DNA of 32,000 bases from Nitrosopumilaceae archaeon. GTDB lineage: Archaea > Thermoproteota > Nitrososphaeria > Nitrososphaerales > Nitrosopumilaceae. The DNA lies in NCBI GenBank assembly GCA_035528495.1, contig DATKYM010000037.1, forward strand, positions 11,866-43,865, read 5' to 3'. Made by a program: the position numbers and the translations under genes. Below the pieces are notes generated by a model, which was given only the letters and a program-made list of their open reading frames with translations, did no database searches and was not told where the DNA came from. Each line of letters opens with the position of its first letter. Position 1 is the stretch's first letter. This document shows positions 9,749 to 16,957 of the stretch, in pieces.

Positions 9749-10201
9749 ATGAAAAAATTTTCAGACTTTAGAGTAGGGGACCAATTTTTTTCTACTTGCA
9801 GCATTTCAGAAAAAGAGCTAAATGATTACTTTAATTTCTCTCGAGTAAAAAATGCATTCTTGGAAGATTATGGAAGTAAAAAACTAAAACTAGTTTCAGG
9901 TCGAGCCGCATTATCTAGAATGGAAGGAGAATTTACAAGACTAAATCAAATTCATGGGAACCATATAATTCTAATCGGAACAGATGGTGATCCTGAATGG
10001 GAAAATAGAAGCACGAGGTTCCTCAAGCCCCTTCACACAGATGAAGTCTTAAAAATTCAATATACCGTTTCTGGAAAAGAAGACATTGATGAGTATTATG
10101 GAAAGATTTCAATAGACTTTGAAGGTTCAAATCAAGAAGGAGAAATAGTCTTAGTCTCTAAGAAAAATTTGTATAGAATTAAAAAAGAACCCCCAAGATA
10201 A
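9749..10201 (+). CDS. hot-dog fold (MaoC-like) protein lacking the hydratase motif
   Basis: 150-aa ORF starting 2 nt after the stop of 7968-9746. The N-terminus FRVGDQFFSTCSISEKELNDYFNFSRVKNAFLED follows the MaoC layout, but the GDxNPxH catalytic motif is replaced by SRVKNAF. Confidence 0.55.
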   Translation: MKKFSDFRVGDQFFSTCSISEKELNDYFNFSRVKNAFLEDYGSKKLKLVSGRAALSRMEGEFTRLNQIHGNHIILIGTDGDPEWENRSTRFLKPLHTDEVLKIQYTVSGKEDIDEYYGKISIDFEGSNQEGEIVLVSKKNLYRIKKEPPR

Positions 10202-10322
10202 AATAAAAATTCAATTTCTCATCCATAATGCTAGATAATTAAACAAATACCAAAACATGATTCCAAAAAAATGGAAAAATTATGAGATTTTGAACCTAAA
10301 ATTAATCGGATTTTGAGATTTT

Positions 10323-11108
10323 TTAATTATTAAGTAAATTCAAATTTCCACTGAGGGAATCAAAGAACATTTTGATGGCAGCTCCAATAATTACAACAGA
10401 TACCAGAATTTGTAAAAATCTTTCTTTAATATCAACTGATAATCTTGCTCCAAGTAAACCGCCAGCAAATGATCCAACAGATAACAATCCACCTTGGAGA
10501 AAATCAGAATGTCCCAACATAGTGTGAACGATGACTCCTGACAAGGATGCAAATAACAAAATTAACTGAGAGGTGGGAGCTGCTTTTTTCATTGCGATTC
10601 CCATTCCAACTATCATTAGTGGGACAAAAATTATTCCACCACCTATTCCAAAAAACGCAGAAATTATTCCCGCAAAAAAACTTGCACCTGCTGCAAATAT
10701 CATCATCTGTTTTGTTAGATTCTTTTCTTTGCCCTCAATTTTTTTTCTTAAAAAAATGTATGCAGATGAGGCAATCAATACAAATCCGAATAAGATTTTA
10801 AAAATTTCAGGGGTTACATCACTTGATATGTAAGCTCCTAAAACAGTCCCAGGAATAGTAAGCAGGCCAAGTTTTAATGCAAGTGAATATTCAATCCGCT
10901 TTTGCCTAGAATAAGATATAGTGGATGCTACTGAATTACTAAAGGCGGCAAAAAGACTATTGCTAGCAGCAAGGGTTGGAGAAAAACCAAAAAATGTTAA
11001 AACCGGAACTACGATAATTCCACCCCCAAGTCCAATCATAGAGCCTAAAACTCCTGCTACAAATCCTAAAGGAATGAGCCATAATTGATCAATCATTGTA
11101 AACGTCAA
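10323..11108 (-). CDS. TauE/SafE family (sulfite exporter-like) permease
   Basis: 261-aa polytopic membrane ORF with internally duplicated G-rich helices (GSMIGLGGGIIVVPVL and FFGIGGGIIFVPLM), typical of TauE/SafE. Confidence 0.85.
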   Translation of the reverse strand: MTFTMIDQLWLIPLGFVAGVLGSMIGLGGGIIVVPVLTFFGFSPTLAASNSLFAAFSNSVASTISYSRQKRIEYSLALKLGLLTIPGTVLGAYISSDVTPEIFKILFGFVLIASSAYIFLRKKIEGKEKNLTKQMMIFAAGASFFAGIISAFFGIGGGIIFVPLMIVGMGIAMKKAAPTSQLILLFASLSGVIVHTMLGHSDFLQGGLLSVGSFAGGLLGARLSVDIKERFLQILVSVVIIGAAIKMFFDSLSGNLNLLNN

Positions 11109-11135
11109 TCAGAGAATCTTGTTGTATGTTAAAAA

Positions 11136-11696
11136 CTAGCCGTAATTCATTAGATTTTTTTCTTCAAGCACATTATGGAGATTGTGTACTGAGCGATGAA
11201 CATCTGCTTCATTTTTTGCACCTGCACAAACAAGTTTTCCTGATGAGAAAACCAGAATAACAGTTTTGGGATCTACCATTCGATGAATTAATCCAGGGAA
11301 TTGCTCTGGCTCATACATACTTCTAGGCAGGGTTCGAGCAGCTTGCTCCAAGTAAACTTTGCCACCAAGATTAATCGATGAGACAATGTTTTGAATTGTC
11401 ACTATGGCCTCATTTTTAATCTTGATTTTTCCCTTTCTTAATTCTTGAACAACTTTTTTTACTGCATCTCTTGCCATTTCTTCTGATTTAGAGCCAGTAC
11501 ATACCATTTTTCCAGTACTAAAAAGTAGCGTTGCAGTCTTTGGGTTTTTTAATCTAAAAACAGCTCCGGGAAATAATTCTGGATTCCATTCTACTTCTGG
11601 AAACTTTTTTGTGATATCTTTCAAATCAAGTTTTTGATTAATTGTAGCAGATGCAACTACATTTACAATGCTGATCAGAGGTTTAGTTTGAGGCAT
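11136..11696 (-). CDS. tbp: TATA-box binding protein
   Basis: 186-aa ORF with the two TBP repeats (IVNVVASATINQKLDL...LLFSTGKMVCTGSKS and IQNIVSSINLGGKV...LVFSSGKLVCAGAKN). Confidence 0.95.
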   Translation of the reverse strand: MPQTKPLISIVNVVASATINQKLDLKDITKKFPEVEWNPELFPGAVFRLKNPKTATLLFSTGKMVCTGSKSEEMARDAVKKVVQELRKGKIKIKNEAIVTIQNIVSSINLGGKVYLEQAARTLPRSMYEPEQFPGLIHRMVDPKTVILVFSSGKLVCAGAKNEADVHRSVHNLHNVLEEKNLMNYG

Positions 11697-11943
11697 TTTC
11701 CTTTAGGTCAAACGAGGGGGATTTGTCAGGAAGTGACACCAATACTATATTGTCACCCCGTACAATTATCTTATCAAGAATTATTATATCATCACTTGTG
11801 ATATCTTTCGATTCGACAAGAACAAGATTCATTCCTTGATCAAAATCCTGTAACTTTCCTTCAACGGTTTTTTTATCTCGGAGTTTAATGGTAATTGTTT
11901 TATTCAAACAGTCATTCAATGATTCAATTATTTCAGAGGACAT
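11683..11943 (-). CDS. Sm-like (LSm) RNA-binding protein
   Basis: 86-aa ORF with Sm1 (ITIKLRDKKTVEGKLQDFDQGMNLVL) and Sm2 (IVRGDNIVLV) motifs. It overlaps the tbp start by 14 nt. Confidence 0.8.
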   Translation of the reverse strand: MSSEIIESLNDCLNKTITIKLRDKKTVEGKLQDFDQGMNLVLVESKDITSDDIIILDKIIVRGDNIVLVSLPDKSPSFDLKENASN

Positions 11944-12231
11944 CTATTTTCCACAATAATCCATTTTTTTAATTTCTAAGAAATTATTTTCATTCTGCGA
12001 CAATTTATCATAATCAAAGTTAATTGTAAAATCATTCATGAATAACGCCCAGAAAGACTTGAGTCTTTATGGCTCTAATTTGAATTGAATTCCAAAAAAT
12101 CATTCCGTTCTAGGACTGTTAACTTGTCCTATAAACGAATGTATAAGTCTAAAACCATGAATCAGAACTTTATTTTTAGGAAAAATCAGCCAATTAAGCC
12201 AGTATATATCAGAAGGAGGTTCAATTGAACT

Positions 12232-12348
12232 ATGTTTAATAAAATAATTGCCAAAATAAAATTTGGTTTAATGAAAACCAGAAGTCTTGAGGATGTAAAT
12301 GCATCTGAAGAATTTGAAAAAAAGAAAATAGAGGATAAACCCGAATGA
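12232..12348 (+). CDS. unannotated 38-aa micro-protein, first gene of an ATGA-coupled triplet
   Basis: Hand translation: MFNKIIAKIKFGLMKTRSLEDVNASEEFEKKKIEDKPE*. It is preceded by AGAAGGAGGT, which ends 12 nt before the ATG. Its stop overlaps the next start (gaATGAag). Confidence 0.35.
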   Translation: MFNKIIAKIKFGLMKTRSLEDVNASEEFEKKKIEDKPE

Positions 12349-12455
12349 AGTATAATTGTAAAAAATGTAATTTTCATTGGGAAGGGTATTCCGACACCTT
12401 TGGAAAAGTGCTTACTCATGAAAAAACTCACGTTAGGAATACCGATAATTCATGA
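12345..12455 (+). CDS. unannotated 36-aa C2H2-like zinc-finger micro-protein
   Basis: Hand translation: MKYNCKKCNFHWEGYSDTFGKVLTHEKTHVRNTDNS* (CxxC-x16-HxxxH). It has ATGA overlaps with both neighbours. Confidence 0.45.
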   Translation: MKYNCKKCNFHWEGYSDTFGKVLTHEKTHVRNTDNS

Positions 12456-12547
12456 TTATTTGTAACAAGTGTACAAACGAACACCATGATCAATGTATGG
12501 GAAAAGCAGGAATGTTTGATTGTGGGTGTGTTTGCTTTAAAAAATAA
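12452..12547 (+). CDS. unannotated 31-aa Cys-rich micro-protein (CxxC...C...CxCxC)
   Basis: Hand translation: MIICNKCTNEHHDQCMGKAGMFDCGCVCFKK*. Its start overlaps the previous stop (tcATGAtt). Confidence 0.4.
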   Translation: MIICNKCTNEHHDQCMGKAGMFDCGCVCFKK

Positions 12548-12665
12548 AATTAAAAAATCCATCAAATGTGGAACATGATTTTGATGGAATTTTATACACA
12601 AGTTACAACCCCCAAATGTAAAAAAATAGAGGATTAACTGAAATCAGGCTTTAATGTTTTTGAAA

Positions 12666-13295
12666 CTAATTTGAAGCGATAAATTTCCAGAGATATCCTT
12701 CACTATTGGTAGTAATCTCTAACAAAAGATCTTTTTGAGCCAACCCTTTAATCTCTGATTTACTTGTAGTTTTTTTGGCCTCCAAATGATGAGTATTTGC
12801 AGCATCAATCCAATCAGAAACGGTTTCAAAACCACCTGGTTTTTCATCTTCCCAACAGGAGCAAACAGTAGATTTTATTATTGTTTGATAGATAATTTTA
12901 ATCTCATCTAATTGAGAAATAATTGGGTCAACTTGGATTACACCGATAACATACTTTGGAGAATCCGTAACACCTACCATGTGAATATTTCCCAAGTAAT
13001 GACCACCTGAATCTAAAAGTTCTGTGGATGTACAGTACTCTATTTCATTTTGTACAGATGTATCTGAAAAAAATGTGCAGTATTTTTCAATGGACGATCC
13101 ATTTAGCTTCAAAGCAGAGGACATTGAAATGTCATGGATGTCCAGTTGAGTTTTAATATCCTTGTTTGTCTCAACATATGAAATAGGTATTGAATCATAT
13201 TCAAGTATTTCAGAATTAGAAAACTGAAAAACTACAAGAATAACTGCAATTACTACTACTAAAGAAATAATAGGAAGTAGAAATTTTTTATTCAT
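12666..13295 (-). CDS. hypothetical N-terminally anchored extracytoplasmic protein
   Basis: 209-aa ORF. The N-terminus MNKKFLLPIISLVVVIAVILVVF is a signal/anchor and there are 5 Cys in the ectodomain. No family recognised. Confidence 0.6.
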   Translation of the reverse strand: MNKKFLLPIISLVVVIAVILVVFQFSNSEILEYDSIPISYVETNKDIKTQLDIHDISMSSALKLNGSSIEKYCTFFSDTSVQNEIEYCTSTELLDSGGHYLGNIHMVGVTDSPKYVIGVIQVDPIISQLDEIKIIYQTIIKSTVCSCWEDEKPGGFETVSDWIDAANTHHLEAKKTTSKSEIKGLAQKDLLLEITTNSEGYLWKFIASN

Positions 13296-13336
13296 TTTTT
13301 TCCTAGTCTATCTTTCTATGATAAGGTTTTCCAACA

Positions 13337-13828
13337 TTAAATTGAAATTAAGTCAAGCTTGGAATCCATGGTAATGTTAAACTTGTCAATAAATCCCGAA
13401 GTTACCTCCAAAATATACATAGCCTCACCACTTGGGACAATACTTTGACATGCCATTATTTCAGTAGGAGTCTTGCAAGGGGGAATATTTTTCTCAATGT
13501 GTACAATGGTTCCTTCTTGGTCAAACCATATCATGTCTAGTGAAAACTGCATATTTAGCATCCATAAAGAGTAAACACCTGATTCTTTGAAAGCAAAAAT
13601 CATTCCTTGGTCATACGGCAATTCATCTTGAAACATTAAACCCCTTATTCGTCTTGGCTCAGTATCTGCAACCTGCACCTCAATTACCGTATCATCAATT
13701 TTGATTGTGCCTCGAGGAAATTCTACTGATTCTAGTTTACTATCGCTTGGAATAGAGAGAATCCCTACAATTCCAATTATTATTGCAGCTATTGTGATGG
13801 GAATTAGTGCTTTTGCCCTCGTTGTCAC
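13337..13828 (-). CDS. DUF192 family protein, membrane-anchored
   Basis: 163-aa ORF with an N-terminal TM helix. It shows the DUF192 pattern VQVADTEPRRIRGLMFQDELPYDQGMIFAF...WMLNMQFSLDMIWFD...YILEV. Confidence 0.75.
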   Translation of the reverse strand: MTTRAKALIPITIAAIIIGIVGILSIPSDSKLESVEFPRGTIKIDDTVIEVQVADTEPRRIRGLMFQDELPYDQGMIFAFKESGVYSLWMLNMQFSLDMIWFDQEGTIVHIEKNIPPCKTPTEIMACQSIVPSGEAMYILEVTSGFIDKFNITMDSKLDLISI

Positions 13829-13944
13829 AGAATTTAATGAAAACTAGCTTTTAAAATATCTTGATCAATGTGAAAATAGTGATCAAACGTGCTGATTTTG
13901 AAGATTATAACCCAAAAAACAGACTAATTTTTAAGACAAATTAT

Positions 13945-14049
13945 TTAGTGTAAGAATAATTCTCCTACATGTTTATAGGCACAATCCTTGGAGCAAAACC
14001 CAGACTCTTCTGAAGTATAGTCTTCATTACAGTTTACACATTTTGCCAT
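13945..14049 (-). CDS. unannotated 34-aa zinc-binding micro-protein (CxxC-x11-FCSxxC, TRASH/FCS-like)
   Basis: Hand translation: MAKCVNCNEDYTSEESGFCSKDCAYKHVGELFLH*. Confidence 0.4.
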   Translation of the reverse strand: MAKCVNCNEDYTSEESGFCSKDCAYKHVGELFLH

Positions 14050-14124
14050 GTAAAATGTATCATTATTTTGTTAATAAGAATACGTAAGTATTTAAAAAAT
14101 AATACAAAGGATTGGTATTATTTT

Positions 14125-14211
14125 TTACTTTATTTTACACCAGCAATTAGGGCTACACGTATTTGATTCAAAATTAGCATTTTCAGATTTATTTATTTTT
14201 TGTTCATGCAT
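14125..14211 (-). CDS. possible 28-aa micro-protein with C-terminal CxxxCxC
   Basis: Hand translation: MHEQKINKSENANFESNTCSPNCWCKIK*. Short and weakly supported. Confidence 0.2.
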   Translation of the reverse strand: MHEQKINKSENANFESNTCSPNCWCKIK

Positions 14212-14294
14212 AATGAAATGTATTCTTATTGGAATTTATCTTCACATCTGTTTTATTTCAAACAGACAACCATCTATTCAATTGCAAGTGGATT

Positions 14295-14873
14295 TTAGAT
14301 TTGTTTATCTAATTGCTTTTGAATTTCATCAACAAGGGATATTTGCTGGATAGATTCAAAAGGTATAGGAATACTACGACCCCATATCTCAAAATAAGCA
14401 GTTCCACTTACACCAATATCAACTATGCCTTTAGTATTAATGATAGACTCTATTGCAGGGTTAAGATTATCTTTTTGAATAATTTGTAAGATTGGAATTT
14501 CTTTGGTTTCTCCAGGACCTATTGTTGTATTTAATGTACTATTACCGGTTCCAATTAAAACCCCGTTAAGAGACAAGTCGTATGACAATTCAGGGATGTA
14601 GACTGGAAGCAGACCATGATTGCTTAATCCAAAAACTAATTCGAGATTAATTCCTGCAATTACTCCTATTGCAGCTTCAATCCAATTTCCAGATAAAGCA
14701 TCAATACCCAATTTAATAAGATCAGTCAAGGACAAATTTTCCAATTCTACACTAACTGATGAAACCTCATTTAGAGAAACTTGGATTTGAGAATAGGAAT
14801 ATGCAAATAACGCAAAAATAATTATAATTATTGCAATAACCACAGCTGCAATGATAATAATGGTCTTTTTCAA
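14295..14873 (-). CDS. LEA_2 / WHy-domain-like membrane-anchored protein
   Basis: 192-aa ORF with the N-terminal anchor KKTIIIIAAVVIAIIIIIFALFAY. The core LELVFGLSNHGLLPVYIPELSYDLSLNGVLIGTGNS...IGPGETKEIPI matches the LEA type-2 beta-sandwich pattern. Confidence 0.55.
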   Translation of the reverse strand: MKKTIIIIAAVVIAIIIIIFALFAYSYSQIQVSLNEVSSVSVELENLSLTDLIKLGIDALSGNWIEAAIGVIAGINLELVFGLSNHGLLPVYIPELSYDLSLNGVLIGTGNSTLNTTIGPGETKEIPILQIIQKDNLNPAIESIINTKGIVDIGVSGTAYFEIWGRSIPIPFESIQQISLVDEIQKQLDKQI

Positions 14874-14951
14874 TATTTTATCAAAGATATTTGAAAAATT
14901 AAATGTACTGTACTAATTAGAGAAAAATGTAATTGACTCCCTCACAATAAG

Positions 14952-15042
14952 AAGTGTTAACGAGTTTATCGACTATCAGTAAAAATAGTATCCCCCTCCC
15001 CTTAGGAACGGATTTTACCTACTTTCTACTATATAACGAAAG
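14952..15042 (+). repeat. cassette copy A: 34-nt motif AAGTGTTAACGAGTTTATCGACTATCAGTAAAAA (14952-14985), C-run, and TATA-like block CTATATAACGAAAG (15029-15042)
   Basis: The motif is 32/34 identical to 31254-31287, and its first 19 nt are identical to 30828-30846. The TATA-like block recurs after all three copies. Confidence 0.7.
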
Positions 15043-15086
15043 TCAGTTTTTGTATCTTTATTACAATAAACATGTTTTATTAAAAA

Positions 15087-15182
15087 ATGAAAATTTTAAC
15101 TACTAAAAATAAAATAAGTATTCAAATTATCGGCATCGGAACCGCAATAGCTATTGGGTTGATAATATATTTTCTAAATTAA
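15087..15182 (+). CDS. unannotated 31-aa single-TM peptide
   Basis: Hand translation: MKILTTKNKISIQIIGIGTAIAIGLIIYFLN*. The ATG lies 135 nt downstream of the cassette copy A motif and 45 nt downstream of the TATA-like block. Confidence 0.3.
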   Translation: MKILTTKNKISIQIIGIGTAIAIGLIIYFLN

Positions 15183-15286
15183 AAGAAAATCTAATATCTA
15201 TTTGCTCTAAACTTTACCAAGATTACTCTAGCACCTACAAGTCCAGCAACCATTGAAATTATCCATATAGTATTTGAAAGTGATAT

Positions 15287-16090
15287 TTATTGACAAACGG
15301 TATTTCCACTACTAGTTATTCGAAATGTTTCTTGTTCAGATGTAATTCCTATCCCTGTAAACACATCAATATGTTTTTGAGTTACTCCAGATCCCACATC
15401 TGAAGAAAGAAAAACCAATTCATTCCAAGGGTCAGGTAGAGTTGGAATTATCAAGTTGGAATTAGGATCAACTATTGTAGTGTCTACTGCCACAATACCT
15501 ACAACAAGCGGATTGCCCTCTACATCCACAGCGTTGTTGTTTAGGTGAAAAGAGTTACTATACCAGCCAAGATAATCACCAGAGAGCGTCTTTCCCCAAC
15601 TTTCTAACTTTATAGAATTAACAAAATATTGTCTAAAATCTCTTGATTCTCCATCAATGATGATCGTTACAAAACTACCATCGTAATCGGCCTCTAACGG
15701 GATATAATATCCAGTTACATTCCATCCAGAACTACAGTCATTAAATTCACCCATTGGGGATTCTTGTTGTTTTAAGGCACCGCCTGATTGAATTAGCAAC
15801 CCACTGCCAGAAAACGCTGTCAAATTATTATTTTCAAAATCCACCTCAAGGGTAACCTGATCTGGAATGGTTAAAACGGAATTATTTTGAATCCAAACGT
15901 TTCCATGTGCAATGCCACTATTCATTAAAGTGCAATTAGAGGTTACAATCCAATTACCAGATAAAGGAACTACACAAGGAATAACTTGTGGGCTAAGTGT
16001 GTTGTTTACAGGCATTCCGGCAAAACTAAAATTCACACCAATCAAAAAAAAGGTGATAATTACAAAGACCACAAGATAACGAATTATCAA
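15287..16090 (-). CDS. secreted/anchored MltA-like 3D-domain protein
   Basis: 267-aa ORF with the N-terminal anchor IIRYLVVFVIITFFLIGVNF. It has VTGYYIPLEADYDG, and the C-terminal IVAVDTTIVDPNSNLIIPT...FLSSDVGSGVTQKHIDVFTG carries the three conserved Asp of the 3D domain. Confidence 0.65.
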   Translation of the reverse strand: MIIRYLVVFVIITFFLIGVNFSFAGMPVNNTLSPQVIPCVVPLSGNWIVTSNCTLMNSGIAHGNVWIQNNSVLTIPDQVTLEVDFENNNLTAFSGSGLLIQSGGALKQQESPMGEFNDCSSGWNVTGYYIPLEADYDGSFVTIIIDGESRDFRQYFVNSIKLESWGKTLSGDYLGWYSNSFHLNNNAVDVEGNPLVVGIVAVDTTIVDPNSNLIIPTLPDPWNELVFLSSDVGSGVTQKHIDVFTGIGITSEQETFRITSSGNTVCQ

Positions 16091-16270
16091 TAAATAATAA
16101 AATAGAATTCGATATTTAAAAAAACCCTAACAGAGAATCATAATTGTAAAATAATACCTAGAGTACAAAAATGGTTAATGTTTTTGACATTCATGATTAT
16201 TTCCAAATACTATTAATTATTTCGTGAAACAAATGAATTAATCTTGTTGGCAAAAAGGAAATTTAATTCA

Positions 16271-16459
16271 TTATTTTGTTTTAACAAATTCCTTTATTTT
16301 GTTAAGATTTGCCACATTTGACTCGTGAAACATTGCTAGAGTTTCAGCTAATGATTCAGGCAATACTCCTTTGAGATGATCAACTAAATCAGTACCCCCT
16401 GAAATCATATTTTCAATTAGTTCTTCAATTTCATTTTTCTCTTCAGACACAATATTCAA
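16271..16459 (-). CDS. small acidic hypothetical protein (62 aa)
   Basis: ORF track only; helical, acidic composition. No family recognised. Confidence 0.4.
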   Translation of the reverse strand: MNIVSEEKNEIEELIENMISGGTDLVDHLKGVLPESLAETLAMFHESNVANLNKIKEFVKTK

Positions 16460-16606
16460 TACACGTACTAGTATTCAACAAATTCTATCCCTTAGAATTT
16501 CAACTACTAGGAGGTTAACAAAAGTTCAAAGACCATGAAAAAATATTCTGAATTCCAGACTCAATTTCCTATACCAATATTATTTTGACAAATTTTGCAA
16601 AAAACC

Positions 16607-16957
16607 TTAGAGTATTGATTTTTTAAAATCACTTAATGAAGATAATGTGTTTTTGGTCTCATGACCGATATCATGAATTGTGGAACCATTGTATTTCTTA
16701 TCAAGAAATCTACCAGCAAGGATCAAAGGACCACCAATGGCACAAGTTATCCCAGTTGGTTCAGGTATCCAAATCATTAGAAATCCAACTTTTTGAAGTT
16801 TTTTTCCAGGTGCTGAGGCCTTTTGCAGACATCCTAGGGATTTTGAGGCAGAACCGTGATGGATTTTGGCGACATCAGAGTATAGGCTGGCTCTTCTATG
16901 AGTGGTATCATGAATTTTACGCAATTTTTCTAGTCGAGCCTTTAGATGGTCTACCAT
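16607..16957 (-). CDS. hypothetical protein (116 aa)
   Basis: The minus-strand frame has a more protein-like composition than the overlapping plus-strand ORF 16636-16974, which is W/H/Q-rich. No family recognised. Confidence 0.45.
   Translation of the reverse strand: MVDHLKARLEKLRKIHDTTHRRASLYSDVAKIHHGSASKSLGCLQKASAPGKKLQKVGFLMIWIPEPTGITCAIGGPLILAGRFLDKKYNGSTIHDIGHETKNTLSSLSDFKKSIL

Noticed and set aside
10547-10833. Plus-strand ORFs 10547-10801 and 10573-10833
   Set aside because: They are antisense to the TauE/SafE permease, whose duplicated Gly-rich helices clearly identify the minus strand as coding.
12186-12431. 81-aa minus-strand ORF from the track
   Set aside because: It is an F/L/I-rich shadow of K/E/N-rich coding sequence. 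The plus strand carries three ATGA-coupled mini-ORFs with Zn-binding motifs and an SD-like element. A real small membrane protein cannot be fully excluded without expression data.
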